Below are positions 19,505 to 27,237 of a stretch of 29,996 nt of DNA, one piece after another (the first letter of the stretch is position 1; every line of letters starts with the position of its first letter). Location of the stretch: positions 1-29,996 of IMG/VR virus record IMGVR_UViG_3300033514_000020. One strand, given 5' to 3'. The position numbers were made by a program, and so were the translations under genes. Source of the DNA: a virus. Its lineage: Duplodnaviria > Caudoviricetes. The notes below the pieces were generated by a model. The model was not told the origin of the DNA and did no database searches. It worked only from the letters and a program-made list of their open reading frames with translations.

Positions 19505-19759
19505 TTAGTTCACAAACTGATTAAGAACTACGTAGATTCGATCTACGGCTTCGTCACGTAGCATCTGTGGTGAGTCATTCTCGGATACAACCTGTGAGTC
19601 TACGATGTCAGTCTGCCTGATGACGTATGCTGGTGTTGCAGAGGTGTCTGAGATGATACGAACGATTGACAGAGCTGTATAAGCATCTGTCGTCTGTGGG
19701 AGGTAGCCTTGTGGGTTATAGGCTGTCTGTGGATCACGCTTGATTATTGCTTTTGCCAT
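19505..19759 (-). CDS. Hypothetical protein
   Basis: 84 aa with a strong AAAGGAG SD. Confidence 0.6.
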   Translation of the reverse strand: MAKAIIKRDPQTAYNPQGYLPQTTDAYTALSIVRIISDTSATPAYVIRQTDIVDSQVVSENDSPQMLRDEAVDRIYVVLNQFVN

Positions 19760-19821
19760 TATGTTCTCCTTTAGTTGAGTTTGGCTACAGGGAATCTTCG
19801 AGAGGTATCACCTGTGTATAT

Positions 19822-19828
19822 TATTTAT
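19822..19828 (-). promoter_or_regulatory. ATAAATA box heading the terminase block
   Basis: 62 nt upstream of the ATG at 19759. Confidence 0.55.
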
Positions 19829-19995
19829 GCCAAAAAATAGTGAGTGCCATTTAGTATAGCAACTTCACCATTCGGATGTCTATAGATGTTTGAGTCTTTC
19901 GTGTATAATGCGTCCTCTGGACGCTTCTTCAAGATCTTGTTCAGCTCATCTATCGTCACGATTTTAGTTTCGTCTCTCTTGACTCCCTCAATCAT
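19825..19995 (-). CDS. Small hypothetical protein
   Basis: Likely start is the ATG at 19995, ATGA-coupled to a 33-codon ORF at 19992-20093. The stop overlaps an ATAAATA box. Confidence 0.45.
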   Translation of the reverse strand: MIEGVKRDETKIVTIDELNKILKKRPEDALYTKDSNIYRHPNGEVAILNGTHYFLA

Positions 19996-20099
19996 CGGTC
20001 GATCCACTGTCGGTAAGATCTGAAGTAGCTGACCATTTCTGATGAGGTCATCTTGCTGAGTTGTTCGTAAGTTGCTCTTGTGAATTTATTCATAATAGT

Positions 20100-20410
20100 A
20101 TTTACCTTTAAGGACTTACACACTGTAGCTGTTTTGACTAATGAGTGAAATTAGATTTTTGTCGTCGTTGTCAAAAAAAAAAATAAATTATTTTCTGCTA
20201 CAAACGCAAAAACGTCTACACACTACACGGGTTTTATACACACTTGCTCTAATTCCACACTTTGACCCCAAAAACAGCTCTAATTTAGCTTCCAGTCCAC
20301 ACAAAAACTCCTGAATAACATGTAAAGTAGTATGAATTTCACACTTTAATAAAAAACATGGTGTGTAAAAACTCATTAGTTAGTGTGTTCTGAGTGTGTA
20401 AATTCCTGCT
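20100..20410. other. Putative replication origin / non-coding control region
   Basis: ~300-bp AT-rich gap directly downstream of the helicase gene, with a poly-A tract and nine CACAC/GTGTG cores. Confidence 0.45.
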
Positions 20411-20430
20411 CTTTTGGTCAGACGAGCAGC

Positions 20431-20452
20431 AAAAAGCCCCAGTTACGGGGCT
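20431..20452 (-). terminator. Rho-independent terminator after the helicase gene
   Basis: Minus strand reads AGCCCC-GTAACT-GGGGCT-TTTT. Confidence 0.8.
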
Positions 20453-20462
20453 AATTTGTTTC

Positions 20463-22322
20463 TTAATCTGGGTAAATTAGCCCCCTAACAGTCTTACCAC
20501 CTGGCATCGAATGCTCTACAATGTATTCATCGTAGCAGGTCTTATACCCGTATGGAGAAGCAATACCTTTATACCATAGCTGACCTTCTATAGTCTTACC
20601 AGTCTTCGCACTCATTGAAGCACCACCTGTAATGCCGATTCGCTTACGTGGAATCATACTATAACCGTGAGCCTCGAGCATCGGCGTAATTTCACTAACA
20701 AGATTATTTTTCTGCTTGATGAACTGATCAGATTTACTATCACCGGCACAAATTTTATAGATTTCAAGAACTTCGTAAATACTAATCTCTTTAACATTGC
20801 GCTCAACGATGTATTCAACAGTCTTACTAATAGGTGACTGTTTTGCTATCTGCAGATCAGCCCAGTCAACATCACGTAACGGTTCAAGAGCAAATCTACA
20901 ACCTTCTTTAGGTGCATGTTTGTAATGCAAATAATTCATAAACTCTTGCAGCACCGCTCTCTCACGCCATAGCTGGGGGCAGCTTCTTAGGAATGTGTCG
21001 CCTTTATCAAATGTAGTCGGGTAATGATCCTTATCAATACCGAGAGCATCTAATGCTTGATCTACAAATCCTGGTTGCATTGCATTCATAATTTCATACG
21101 TTGCCTCTGCAAATGTAAGCCCTTTAACAAGACTGATTGGGCTTACTCGCATCATTTGCTTACCGTCCTCAAGCGGTAGAGGGAAGGTCATCTGGTTAGT
21201 GCCCATTGCCCAAGAGATAGTGTTGTCAATTTGAAACTCTGGACCATACTTTACTTTAACATAGTCATCTGGTGAGCCTGTCATGTTCTTGATCTTGTTC
21301 CAATCCTCTCTTGACGGTACCTCATCAATATACATGAATACTTTGCCGATCTTAAAAGAGTTAAAGTTACCATCAATAACGTCCCAAATAGCTGTGAAGC
21401 ATAGCTCTTTACCTAACATACCTGGGATCACATAATCATACAACGCATTCTTACCTTTCTTTCCTTTGCCGTATTGAACTGGCATCGGCAAAAAGTTATT
21501 TCCGATGTCAGCGCACGTAATAGCATAAATCCATCGCTCAAGCCATTCTATAGTCTTCTGCTTAGTCCCAATCAGATCGCCGGTTACCGGATTAGCTATT
21601 AGCTCGCTGCCACTCATTGCTACGAGCAGTGCCTTCATAACTGGTGGGCATTCAGGTACTGGGTCGTTATCTGATCGACTGTCTGGTGTCATGATGTTGC
21701 TTAGGTCGACCATGTTATAGATAGCAGCATCAGGAATGTGTCGCATGTTACCGAGCTTAGTATAGACCTTACGATCAAACCCGAAGATCTCCTCAACCTT
21801 AGTTTCTGGATTCATAATCTTGATGTCCTTACCTTCAACAATAAGACGTAAGTAACGCTGTGATGCCGGACTACTTAGCTCTACAAAATTCATACCCATC
21901 GATGCAGCTGGGTAGAAGTGAAGTTCTGATGTTTTACGCTCTTGTTCTGTGCCTTTGTCGATGTCAACATAATTCGCCTTTAGAAAGTAACGCGGTGTCG
22001 TGTCACGATGAAAACAGAAGTTATACTGGTTGTATGCTGCTAATGCTGACTTAAACGCTTGCCATTTAGACTCATCTGTTTCTTCTCCCTTCTCCTCTTG
22101 CGCCTTCGCTTTCTTCGCTTTCGCCTTCTCTTCTCGTTGCATTTCGGCTGCTGACTTCTTGTTGTTTGCGATTTCTTCGAGCTCTGCGTCGAGATCGATT
22201 AATTTCTTCTCGAACGACTGAGTTAATTCATCTGACGCATCACTACGGCTAATCTTACGTAGGGCGTCAATTTGTTGCATTACTGACTTGCGTTCGGTTG
22301 CTACTATAGTCTTAGTTCTCAT
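20463..22322 (-). CDS. SF3 helicase (NrS-1/D5-like)
   Basis: Walker A variant GKGKKGKN, Walker B FMYIDE and motif C MGTN. It lies directly after the primase-like gene. Confidence 0.75.
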   Translation of the reverse strand: MRTKTIVATERKSVMQQIDALRKISRSDASDELTQSFEKKLIDLDAELEEIANNKKSAAEMQREEKAKAKKAKAQEEKGEETDESKWQAFKSALAAYNQYNFCFHRDTTPRYFLKANYVDIDKGTEQERKTSELHFYPAASMGMNFVELSSPASQRYLRLIVEGKDIKIMNPETKVEEIFGFDRKVYTKLGNMRHIPDAAIYNMVDLSNIMTPDSRSDNDPVPECPPVMKALLVAMSGSELIANPVTGDLIGTKQKTIEWLERWIYAITCADIGNNFLPMPVQYGKGKKGKNALYDYVIPGMLGKELCFTAIWDVIDGNFNSFKIGKVFMYIDEVPSREDWNKIKNMTGSPDDYVKVKYGPEFQIDNTISWAMGTNQMTFPLPLEDGKQMMRVSPISLVKGLTFAEATYEIMNAMQPGFVDQALDALGIDKDHYPTTFDKGDTFLRSCPQLWRERAVLQEFMNYLHYKHAPKEGCRFALEPLRDVDWADLQIAKQSPISKTVEYIVERNVKEISIYEVLEIYKICAGDSKSDQFIKQKNNLVSEITPMLEAHGYSMIPRKRIGITGGASMSAKTGKTIEGQLWYKGIASPYGYKTCYDEYIVEHSMPGGKTVRGLIYPD

Positions 22323-22324
22323 TT

Positions 22325-23242
22325 TTATGCCTTTCTAAATTTAGATAAAAGTTGTTCGGTTGCTGCTTTATTGTTCTTATACGTCGGATTAAACTTTCTT
22401 ATCTCGTTGATAATACGACCTACATCTGGGGTCTTCGGCGTTATCTTCTTTGTCATTGTTTCGTATTTGCCATTATACGTAGCATCTGGCCAACGGCTGC
22501 GACATTCGATGATAGCTTGTGCTTCGCCTACAGACCTACATACTGCCCTTACAAGCCAGTATCTATCTTCGTTCGGCAGTATTGGTCTGTGCTTCTTTAA
22601 CTCATCTAATGCCTTCTGTAAATCTGATACTGCCATCGGCTTATAGACCTTTTGTGCTACAACTGGCTTTACAACTGGTACAAACCATCGCCAATCTAAT
22701 ACAATGCCATCCTTACTCCATGCATCTTTGTATGCTAATCCTTCTTCTGAGCAAGCCGGAGTGTAAAACGACCTACTATGGCTTACACAAGACCTATCTA
22801 CTTCATCACCAGCAAACTCTAAAAAATTCGCCTTACGTGCTTCCCACTCATCGGCTGGGCAGATGTCAGTAAACGGTAATACAATCCTAAACTTCTCACA
22901 CCCTGCGTCGTTGAGTATGTGTCTATAGCTTGTGTAGCCAAGATGCCGAAACTCAATAAAGCGGGGAATGATGTTCTCCAGTTTTGCTCCGTTGCCGTCA
23001 TAGTCTAAAATAAGACCATCATATCCGATAACATTCTCGAAACACCTTTTGTCTGTTCTGTTCTCGTCATAAGGTGCATCTAAATCAGTTAGCCTATCGA
23101 AGGTGCACAAGTTAAACATACAGCCGTCCTTATCTGCTTGCACTTCGTGAGTTTTGAATTGACTGCATAGCTCATTCCATGTTACATCAGCAAACGTGTT
23201 GACACATACGTCTTTGTAGTTGCTAAAGTAAGTTACTCTCAT
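22325..23242 (-). CDS. AEP-superfamily primase(-polymerase) with C-terminal helical domain
   Basis: LILDYD (DxD), YTSYRH, KFRIVLPF and downstream D...FYTP motifs. Confidence 0.7.
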   Translation of the reverse strand: MRVTYFSNYKDVCVNTFADVTWNELCSQFKTHEVQADKDGCMFNLCTFDRLTDLDAPYDENRTDKRCFENVIGYDGLILDYDGNGAKLENIIPRFIEFRHLGYTSYRHILNDAGCEKFRIVLPFTDICPADEWEARKANFLEFAGDEVDRSCVSHSRSFYTPACSEEGLAYKDAWSKDGIVLDWRWFVPVVKPVVAQKVYKPMAVSDLQKALDELKKHRPILPNEDRYWLVRAVCRSVGEAQAIIECRSRWPDATYNGKYETMTKKITPKTPDVGRIINEIRKFNPTYKNNKAATEQLLSKFRKA

Positions 23243-23670
23243 CTCCGTGCCCTTTCAATTTGATCTTGCAACGCTTTGATGTCTTCCCACCTAAAGTTGA
23301 AGTGCCAATTTATTCCGCCGAACGAGTTATACCTGTTAAAGTCTATAACCGGATACGCTTTAAAACCCATCTGCACAGCAGCTACTATAAATCCCGAATT
23401 TGAACAATACACTGGATTTTTCAGAACGTGCTCACTATACTTCTCAACTAAGTGCTTATGCCCGTATGACCACATCTTTTTTGACTGATTCTTAGTAGCA
23501 GAAATCTGTGATAAAACAGTTCGTAATGCTCCTTCCGGTACTTGTGGCAACGAGTCACAAAACGCTTTCAGTCTTTCAAATGTTGTAAAATAACAAGGAT
23601 AAATTTCCCAGTTGTTTGCTTGCTCGAAATTCACAGTAGTGATTTCTTTGTAGTTTGGTACGATTCGCAT
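23239..23670 (-). CDS. Conserved-type hypothetical phage protein
   Basis: Start revised to the ATG at 23670 (GGAG SD). It has an SYGHKHLVE...YCSNSGFIVAA motif and an ATGA overlap with the primase gene. Confidence 0.6.
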   Translation of the reverse strand: MRIVPNYKEITTVNFEQANNWEIYPCYFTTFERLKAFCDSLPQVPEGALRTVLSQISATKNQSKKMWSYGHKHLVEKYSEHVLKNPVYCSNSGFIVAAVQMGFKAYPVIDFNRYNSFGGINWHFNFRWEDIKALQDQIERARR

Positions 23671-23755
23671 TTGTTTCTCCACATAAAGTGGGTATTTAGA
23701 TAGTGTGGTGTTACCCTTGTAACATAACTCTAACGCTACCGCTCCCCAGCGGTTT

Positions 23756-23854
23756 GTAAGCAACACAAGTTAGGGGGTCCGAGTTCTGGAGCAAGAATAG
23801 CTCTAAGGGTTTAGACGGGGAGTCGCGTAAGACCCCCTAACTTGTGTTGCTTAC
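23756..23854. repeat. Perfect 24-bp inverted repeat with 51-nt loop (IR-A)
   Basis: GTAAGCAACACAAGTTAGGGGGTC (23756-23779) and its exact reverse complement (23831-23854). Confidence 0.95.
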
Positions 23855-23860
23855 TATAGT

Positions 23861-23867
23861 TATTTAT
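23861..23867 (-). promoter_or_regulatory. ATAAATA box heading IR-A and the primase/helicase block
   Basis: 6 nt before IR-A and 30 nt after repeat copy A. Confidence 0.55.
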
Positions 23868-24181
23868 GATAGCACAGAACCATCATTAAATCTATTGTTT
23901 TGGCTACATGCAATCGTAGTAAGATTCGCCGTATGTCTCGTGGAAGCGACTACTCTCCTCAGTAACGACATAAGTTCGTCAAGTCGCCATTCATTCTGTT
24001 CTGCTATGTCCGATAAGATTTGCTCATTTAGTTCTTTGCGTGATTTCACTATCTTGATAATCTTATCTGTTGATGCTCTGTAACGCAATCTATAATACTC
24101 GGCGTCTTTTGTTTGGGTTGTTTTGATCGCATCACGCATCATTATCTTTGTTGGTATACCTGTAGCGTTCTTATTTCTCAT
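23864..24181 (-). CDS. Hypothetical protein
   Basis: Likely start is the ATG at 24181 (ATGA overlap, GGAG SD). The stop lies inside an ATAAATA box. Confidence 0.5.
   Translation of the reverse strand: MRNKNATGIPTKIMMRDAIKTTQTKDAEYYRLRYRASTDKIIKIVKSRKELNEQILSDIAEQNEWRLDELMSLLRRVVASTRHTANLTTIACSQNNRFNDGSVLS
23898..23950. repeat. 53-bp direct repeat, copy A
   Basis: 50/53 identical to 25257-25309. Confidence 0.95.
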
Positions 24182-24513
24182 GTCTTTCTCCCTGTAATCA
24201 TCATGACCCATAACTCCTTGAACTCAATAAACGCCAAAGCCCATTTCAATCGGTTTTTAACAAACAACAATCGATCTAAGATTCCGTAAACAACGTCCTC
24301 TTCTGCGACATCTTTACAATCTCGACGATCTTCTTCTACTTTGAACTCTGCAACAGTCCAACCAGTAGCTGCGTTTAAGTGTAGGTTGATGATGTTTTCT
24401 ATTTCTAATCGTATGTCGTCTCGACCTTTATTGGCTCGAATCCAATTCTCTGCTTCTTCGTAAGTCGTCCTGCGTAAGTAACGCATCGTCTTTTCTTGTT
24501 CAGTCTCAGTCAT
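24178..24513 (-). CDS. Hypothetical protein
   Basis: 111 aa with an AGGAGG SD, part of a coupled small-ORF chain. Confidence 0.6.
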   Translation of the reverse strand: MTETEQEKTMRYLRRTTYEEAENWIRANKGRDDIRLEIENIINLHLNAATGWTVAEFKVEEDRRDCKDVAEEDVVYGILDRLLFVKNRLKWALAFIEFKELWVMMITGRKT

Positions 24514-24697
24514 TTTGAATCCTCCTGATGAGCCAAAGTGAAAGTCTCATAAAGACATTTGGCTTCCACATTTTAGGATTTATAGTAAGCAGTATTGATT
24601 CTAACTTAATCATCTTTATTTCAATCCAATATTTTTGCCATACTAATGATGTATGAGCATTAACTAAACTCTTGTATTCTATCTCCTGATCGGTCAT
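24506..24697 (-). CDS. Hypothetical protein
   Basis: 63 aa with a GGAG SD, coupled to its neighbours. Confidence 0.5.
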   Translation of the reverse strand: MTDQEIEYKSLVNAHTSLVWQKYWIEIKMIKLESILLTINPKMWKPNVFMRLSLWLIRRIQND

Positions 24698-24849
24698 TTC
24701 TTACTCCCGTAAGTCCTAAAAAACTTGTTTAACTCCTTGAGTGATTGAGCGACTCCGAACGACCCAGTGAGTTGTCTTACGTATTCTATTTGAGCAACTT
24801 TGGTTAAGAGACTAAAGCGTTTGTTAAACATCTCGTGTTTGGCGGTCAT
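24694..24849 (-). CDS. Small hypothetical protein (51 aa)
   Basis: Not in the ORF track. MTAKHEMFNKRF...; AAGGAG SD; ATGA overlaps at both ends. Confidence 0.55.
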   Translation of the reverse strand: MTAKHEMFNKRFSLLTKVAQIEYVRQLTGSFGVAQSLKELNKFFRTYGSKK

Positions 24850-24980
24850 TTCGTGTCTCCTTTGACTACGCATTGAGCTACTGCTGTTTCGAGTTTAGTG
24901 ATGCGATACCCATCCGCTAAAGATGCTGCTGCGAGCAACACTAATCCTATGAGGATGATGAGTTGATTTCCTGGTGTCAT
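24846..24980 (-). CDS. Small single-TM peptide (44 aa)
   Basis: Not in the ORF track. MTPGNQLIILIGLVLLAAASLADG...; AAGGA SD. Confidence 0.55.
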   Translation of the reverse strand: MTPGNQLIILIGLVLLAAASLADGYRITKLETAVAQCVVKGDTK

Positions 24981-25076
24981 TTTGATTTCCTTTTATCAAG
25001 GAAGAGTTTGAAGTTGTATGGGCACAGAATGTGCGTGTAACTACTATCATTATACTCAGGTCTTCCATTCCTGAGT

Positions 25077-25180
25077 TATGCAGTTACTACATGTGATGGG
25101 AGTCTTGCGGGTGTGGACCCCTTGAACGTATGCTTTGGAAGAAGATAGTAGCGACTCCCATCACATGTAGTAACTGCATA
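25077..25180. repeat. Perfect 28-bp inverted repeat with 48-nt loop (IR-B)
   Basis: TATGCAGTTACTACATGTGATGGGAGTC (25077-25104) and its exact reverse complement (25153-25180). Confidence 0.95.
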
Positions 25181-25219
25181 GTGTAGATGATTCAGTGTCA
25201 ACATTACCTTCTACATACT

Positions 25220-25227
25220 TATTTATA
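25220..25227 (-). promoter_or_regulatory. TATAAATA box heading IR-B
   Basis: The ATAAATA lies 30 nt after repeat copy B; intergenic. Confidence 0.6.
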
Positions 25228-25256
25228 CTAACATAAATCTTTCGTTATCAAAACCT

Positions 25257-25309
25257 TTTTGGCTATACGCAATCGTAGTAAGATTCGCCGTATGTCTCAT
25301 GGAAGCGAC
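25257..25309. repeat. 53-bp direct repeat, copy B
   Basis: Overlaps the last codons and stop of the GIY-YIG ORF; 50/53 identical to copy A. Confidence 0.95.
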
Positions 25310-25940
25310 GATACGAGCCACCTACGTAGTTCAACGCTATTTGATACTTACCTGCATTAAACGCAGCCTGTCCATCTGTAATAGTATCCACTGTTTTTTG
25401 CGGCTCACTTTTAACTGATTTGATGGCTGAAAACAGGCGATTTCGATCTATTTTGGCGTCTAAACAGCCGTTTTCTGACGTCGTTTTCTTCGCCTGTAGC
25501 AATGACTGCTTTTCAGCCAGTATTTGCGATTTCCTGAACGTCTTATAGCCAGCTACGTCTTTTGGTGAGTTGATGACATAACCTGAATCGGATGCGATCT
25601 TAGCTTCTGCGTATTTCTTCGCATCTCCGTTCTTGGCGTTTTTTAGTTCATGACCTTCGCCTATGAGCTTCTGCACCCAATAAAACTCAGTGTCATTCGT
25701 GGTTGCCTCATCCTTAGAGCACCAGCATAAGATTTCTTCTTGCCAAGGTATGTTCCAGTCATTGAGCTCTTCGCGAATGAAGGCATACACCGGAGTTGTA
25801 TCATAAGTTGCGTGATACTGATGCTCTTTGTATCGAACCCCCGGCAGACGAAGCTCACCGCGACCTGATCGACCTACATAAAAGTATGCCTTCTTACCGC
25901 CAAACTCAATGAAGAGCCCGTAAATAAACTCAGTGCTCAA
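25263..25940 (-). CDS. GIY-YIG family endonuclease
   Basis: FIYGL...FYVGRS...RYKEH...E..W...LKN matches the GIY-YIG catalytic pattern. The C-terminal half is not recognised. Confidence 0.7.
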   Translation of the reverse strand: MSTEFIYGLFIEFGGKKAYFYVGRSGRGELRLPGVRYKEHQYHATYDTTPVYAFIREELNDWNIPWQEEILCWCSKDEATTNDTEFYWVQKLIGEGHELKNAKNGDAKKYAEAKIASDSGYVINSPKDVAGYKTFRKSQILAEKQSLLQAKKTTSENGCLDAKIDRNRLFSAIKSVKSEPQKTVDTITDGQAAFNAGKYQIALNYVGGSYRRFHETYGESYYDCV

Positions 25941-25943
25941 TTC

Positions 25944-26708
25944 CTACTCCTTTACAAGCACGAACTGAACACGACATCGAATAGCCGTGTTATTTGCTGT
26001 TACATTCGTGATGACGAACTCAATGTCAGTAGTTGATGGTAGCCTTGTTGGATACTGAAAGAATGTCGTATCTTCTAAGTTGGCTGATGTGCTCACCTGA
26101 ACGGCATTACGATAAATCCAGCCATTCGGGAATAACCTATCTCGATTTTCGACTGTAATGGCATTAGCTGTAACTGCCTCTCGAATCATGTTATGCCTGA
26201 CTTGAACACCGAGCCCTGTATAACCTTTAGGTATAGTATAGATTGCGCTGAACGCTTGGCCCATACCAGCACGAAGACTTTGCTGTATTAGCCCACCTGT
26301 AACTCGTCTTACATTTATGGTGCCAACGTTACCACCCGCGGACCCTACTACTTCTGTTCGTAGCCGATTGACCCTAAACCATGTTCCGATTGGCACCGGT
26401 GTAAGTCCGTTGAGAGTTATAACGATTTCTGATTTGACATAGTCAGCATCTAATACCTCGATGAAGACCTTCTGTGCTCCTGTACCAGCACTCGTATCTG
26501 CTGCTGAGTCTGATACAACTTCGAGTGGTGCTGCTACCGCCATCCATGGATAGTATCCTTTGACTGTAGCACACCATAAAGTCATTGGCACGTCAACAGT
26601 ATCTACATCTGGCGCACAGCCAATGACAGTCTCTGCTGTAATACCTGACACTCGTCCTAATACTACTTCTGATTCGAATGATTTGATTAGATTTACATCG
26701 CCGCTCAT
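25944..26708 (-). CDS. Beta-rich protein, probable virion structural protein
   Basis: VVSDSAADTSAGTGAQKVFIEVLDADY...FRVNR pattern recalled from phage structural proteins; AAGGAG SD. Confidence 0.45.
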   Translation of the reverse strand: MSGDVNLIKSFESEVVLGRVSGITAETVIGCAPDVDTVDVPMTLWCATVKGYYPWMAVAAPLEVVSDSAADTSAGTGAQKVFIEVLDADYVKSEIVITLNGLTPVPIGTWFRVNRLRTEVVGSAGGNVGTINVRRVTGGLIQQSLRAGMGQAFSAIYTIPKGYTGLGVQVRHNMIREAVTANAITVENRDRLFPNGWIYRNAVQVSTSANLEDTTFFQYPTRLPSTTDIEFVITNVTANNTAIRCRVQFVLVKE

Positions 26709-26878
26709 GATCTTTCTCCTTGTGCAGTTCTAATTTGTTCTAAGATGGTGCAGTAGTTTGGCGTATGATCTTTCTTGAGCTCGTCCCACATAAGCTTCTG
26801 TTCGTATTCGAGCTCGGTCATACCTTCGCGTATTGCATACATCTTCTTGATGGCTGCTATTTGAGTTTGGTAGCTCAT
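26705..26878 (-). CDS. Small hypothetical protein (57 aa)
   Basis: Not in the ORF track. MSYQTQIAAIKKMYAIREG...; ATGA overlaps at both ends. Confidence 0.55.
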   Translation of the reverse strand: MSYQTQIAAIKKMYAIREGMTELEYEQKLMWDELKKDHTPNYCTILEQIRTAQGERS

Positions 26879-27045
26879 AGCTCACCTCTGCGTTTTGCCC
26901 ACCACAGCGTAATAGCTGCTGACATGTTCTTGCAATGCTCTTCGGATTTAGCTTTACCTGTTGCAGCACGTGACATAGCCTTGCGATGCTCATCTGATTT
27001 AGGCTTGCCTTTGGCGTTTGGTCTTGGATAGTATTTGTCGGCCAT
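26875..27045 (-). CDS. Stand-alone NUMOD3-repeat micro-protein (56 aa)
   Basis: Not in the ORF track. It contains two NUMOD3-like units, KGKPKSDEHRKAMSRAA and TGKAKSEEHCKNMSAA. Confidence 0.6.
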   Translation of the reverse strand: MADKYYPRPNAKGKPKSDEHRKAMSRAATGKAKSEEHCKNMSAAITLWWAKRRGEL

Positions 27046-27191
27046 TATAGCTCACCTTCCTCTTCGTTCATGTCTTCGAATGCATCTCGATAAGACAGCA
27101 AACGATCTACTTGCGCTGATAGCTCTGCGATAGCTGCGTTGATCTCGTCGACTTTTTGATTGTGAAATTCGATAAATTCTGCGGTTGTCAT
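27045..27191 (-). CDS. Small coiled-coil protein (48 aa)
   Basis: Not in the ORF track. MTTAEFIEFHNQKVDEINAAIAEL...; AAGGAG SD and ATAAATA upstream. Confidence 0.55.
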   Translation of the reverse strand: MTTAEFIEFHNQKVDEINAAIAELSAQVDRLLSYRDAFEDMNEEEGEL

Positions 27192-27218
27192 GTTAAACTC
27201 CTTGTAGTTGTGTATAAG

Positions 27219-27225
27219 TATTTAT
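27219..27225 (-). promoter_or_regulatory. ATAAATA box
   Basis: Intergenic, 27 nt upstream of the ATG at 27191. Confidence 0.6.
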
Positions 27226-27237
27226 GACGAATCAAGA

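Noticed and set aside
20188-20376. 62-aa ORF in the AT-rich gap
   Set aside because: No clear SD, and its composition reflects the CACAC/GTGTG motifs. The region is more likely non-coding.
23756-25180. Long inverted repeats as a retron msr-msd or as transposon ends
   Set aside because: No reverse transcriptase or transposase in the window, and no target-site duplications seen.
23898-25309. 53-bp repeat pair as a DGR template/variable repeat
   Set aside because: The three mismatches are not adenine-specific in one copy, the repeat is short, and no reverse transcriptase is present in the window.
26730-26993. 87-aa ORF from the track
   Set aside because: Better explained by two coupled ORFs in other frames (26875-27045 and 26705-26878) with start/stop overlaps.
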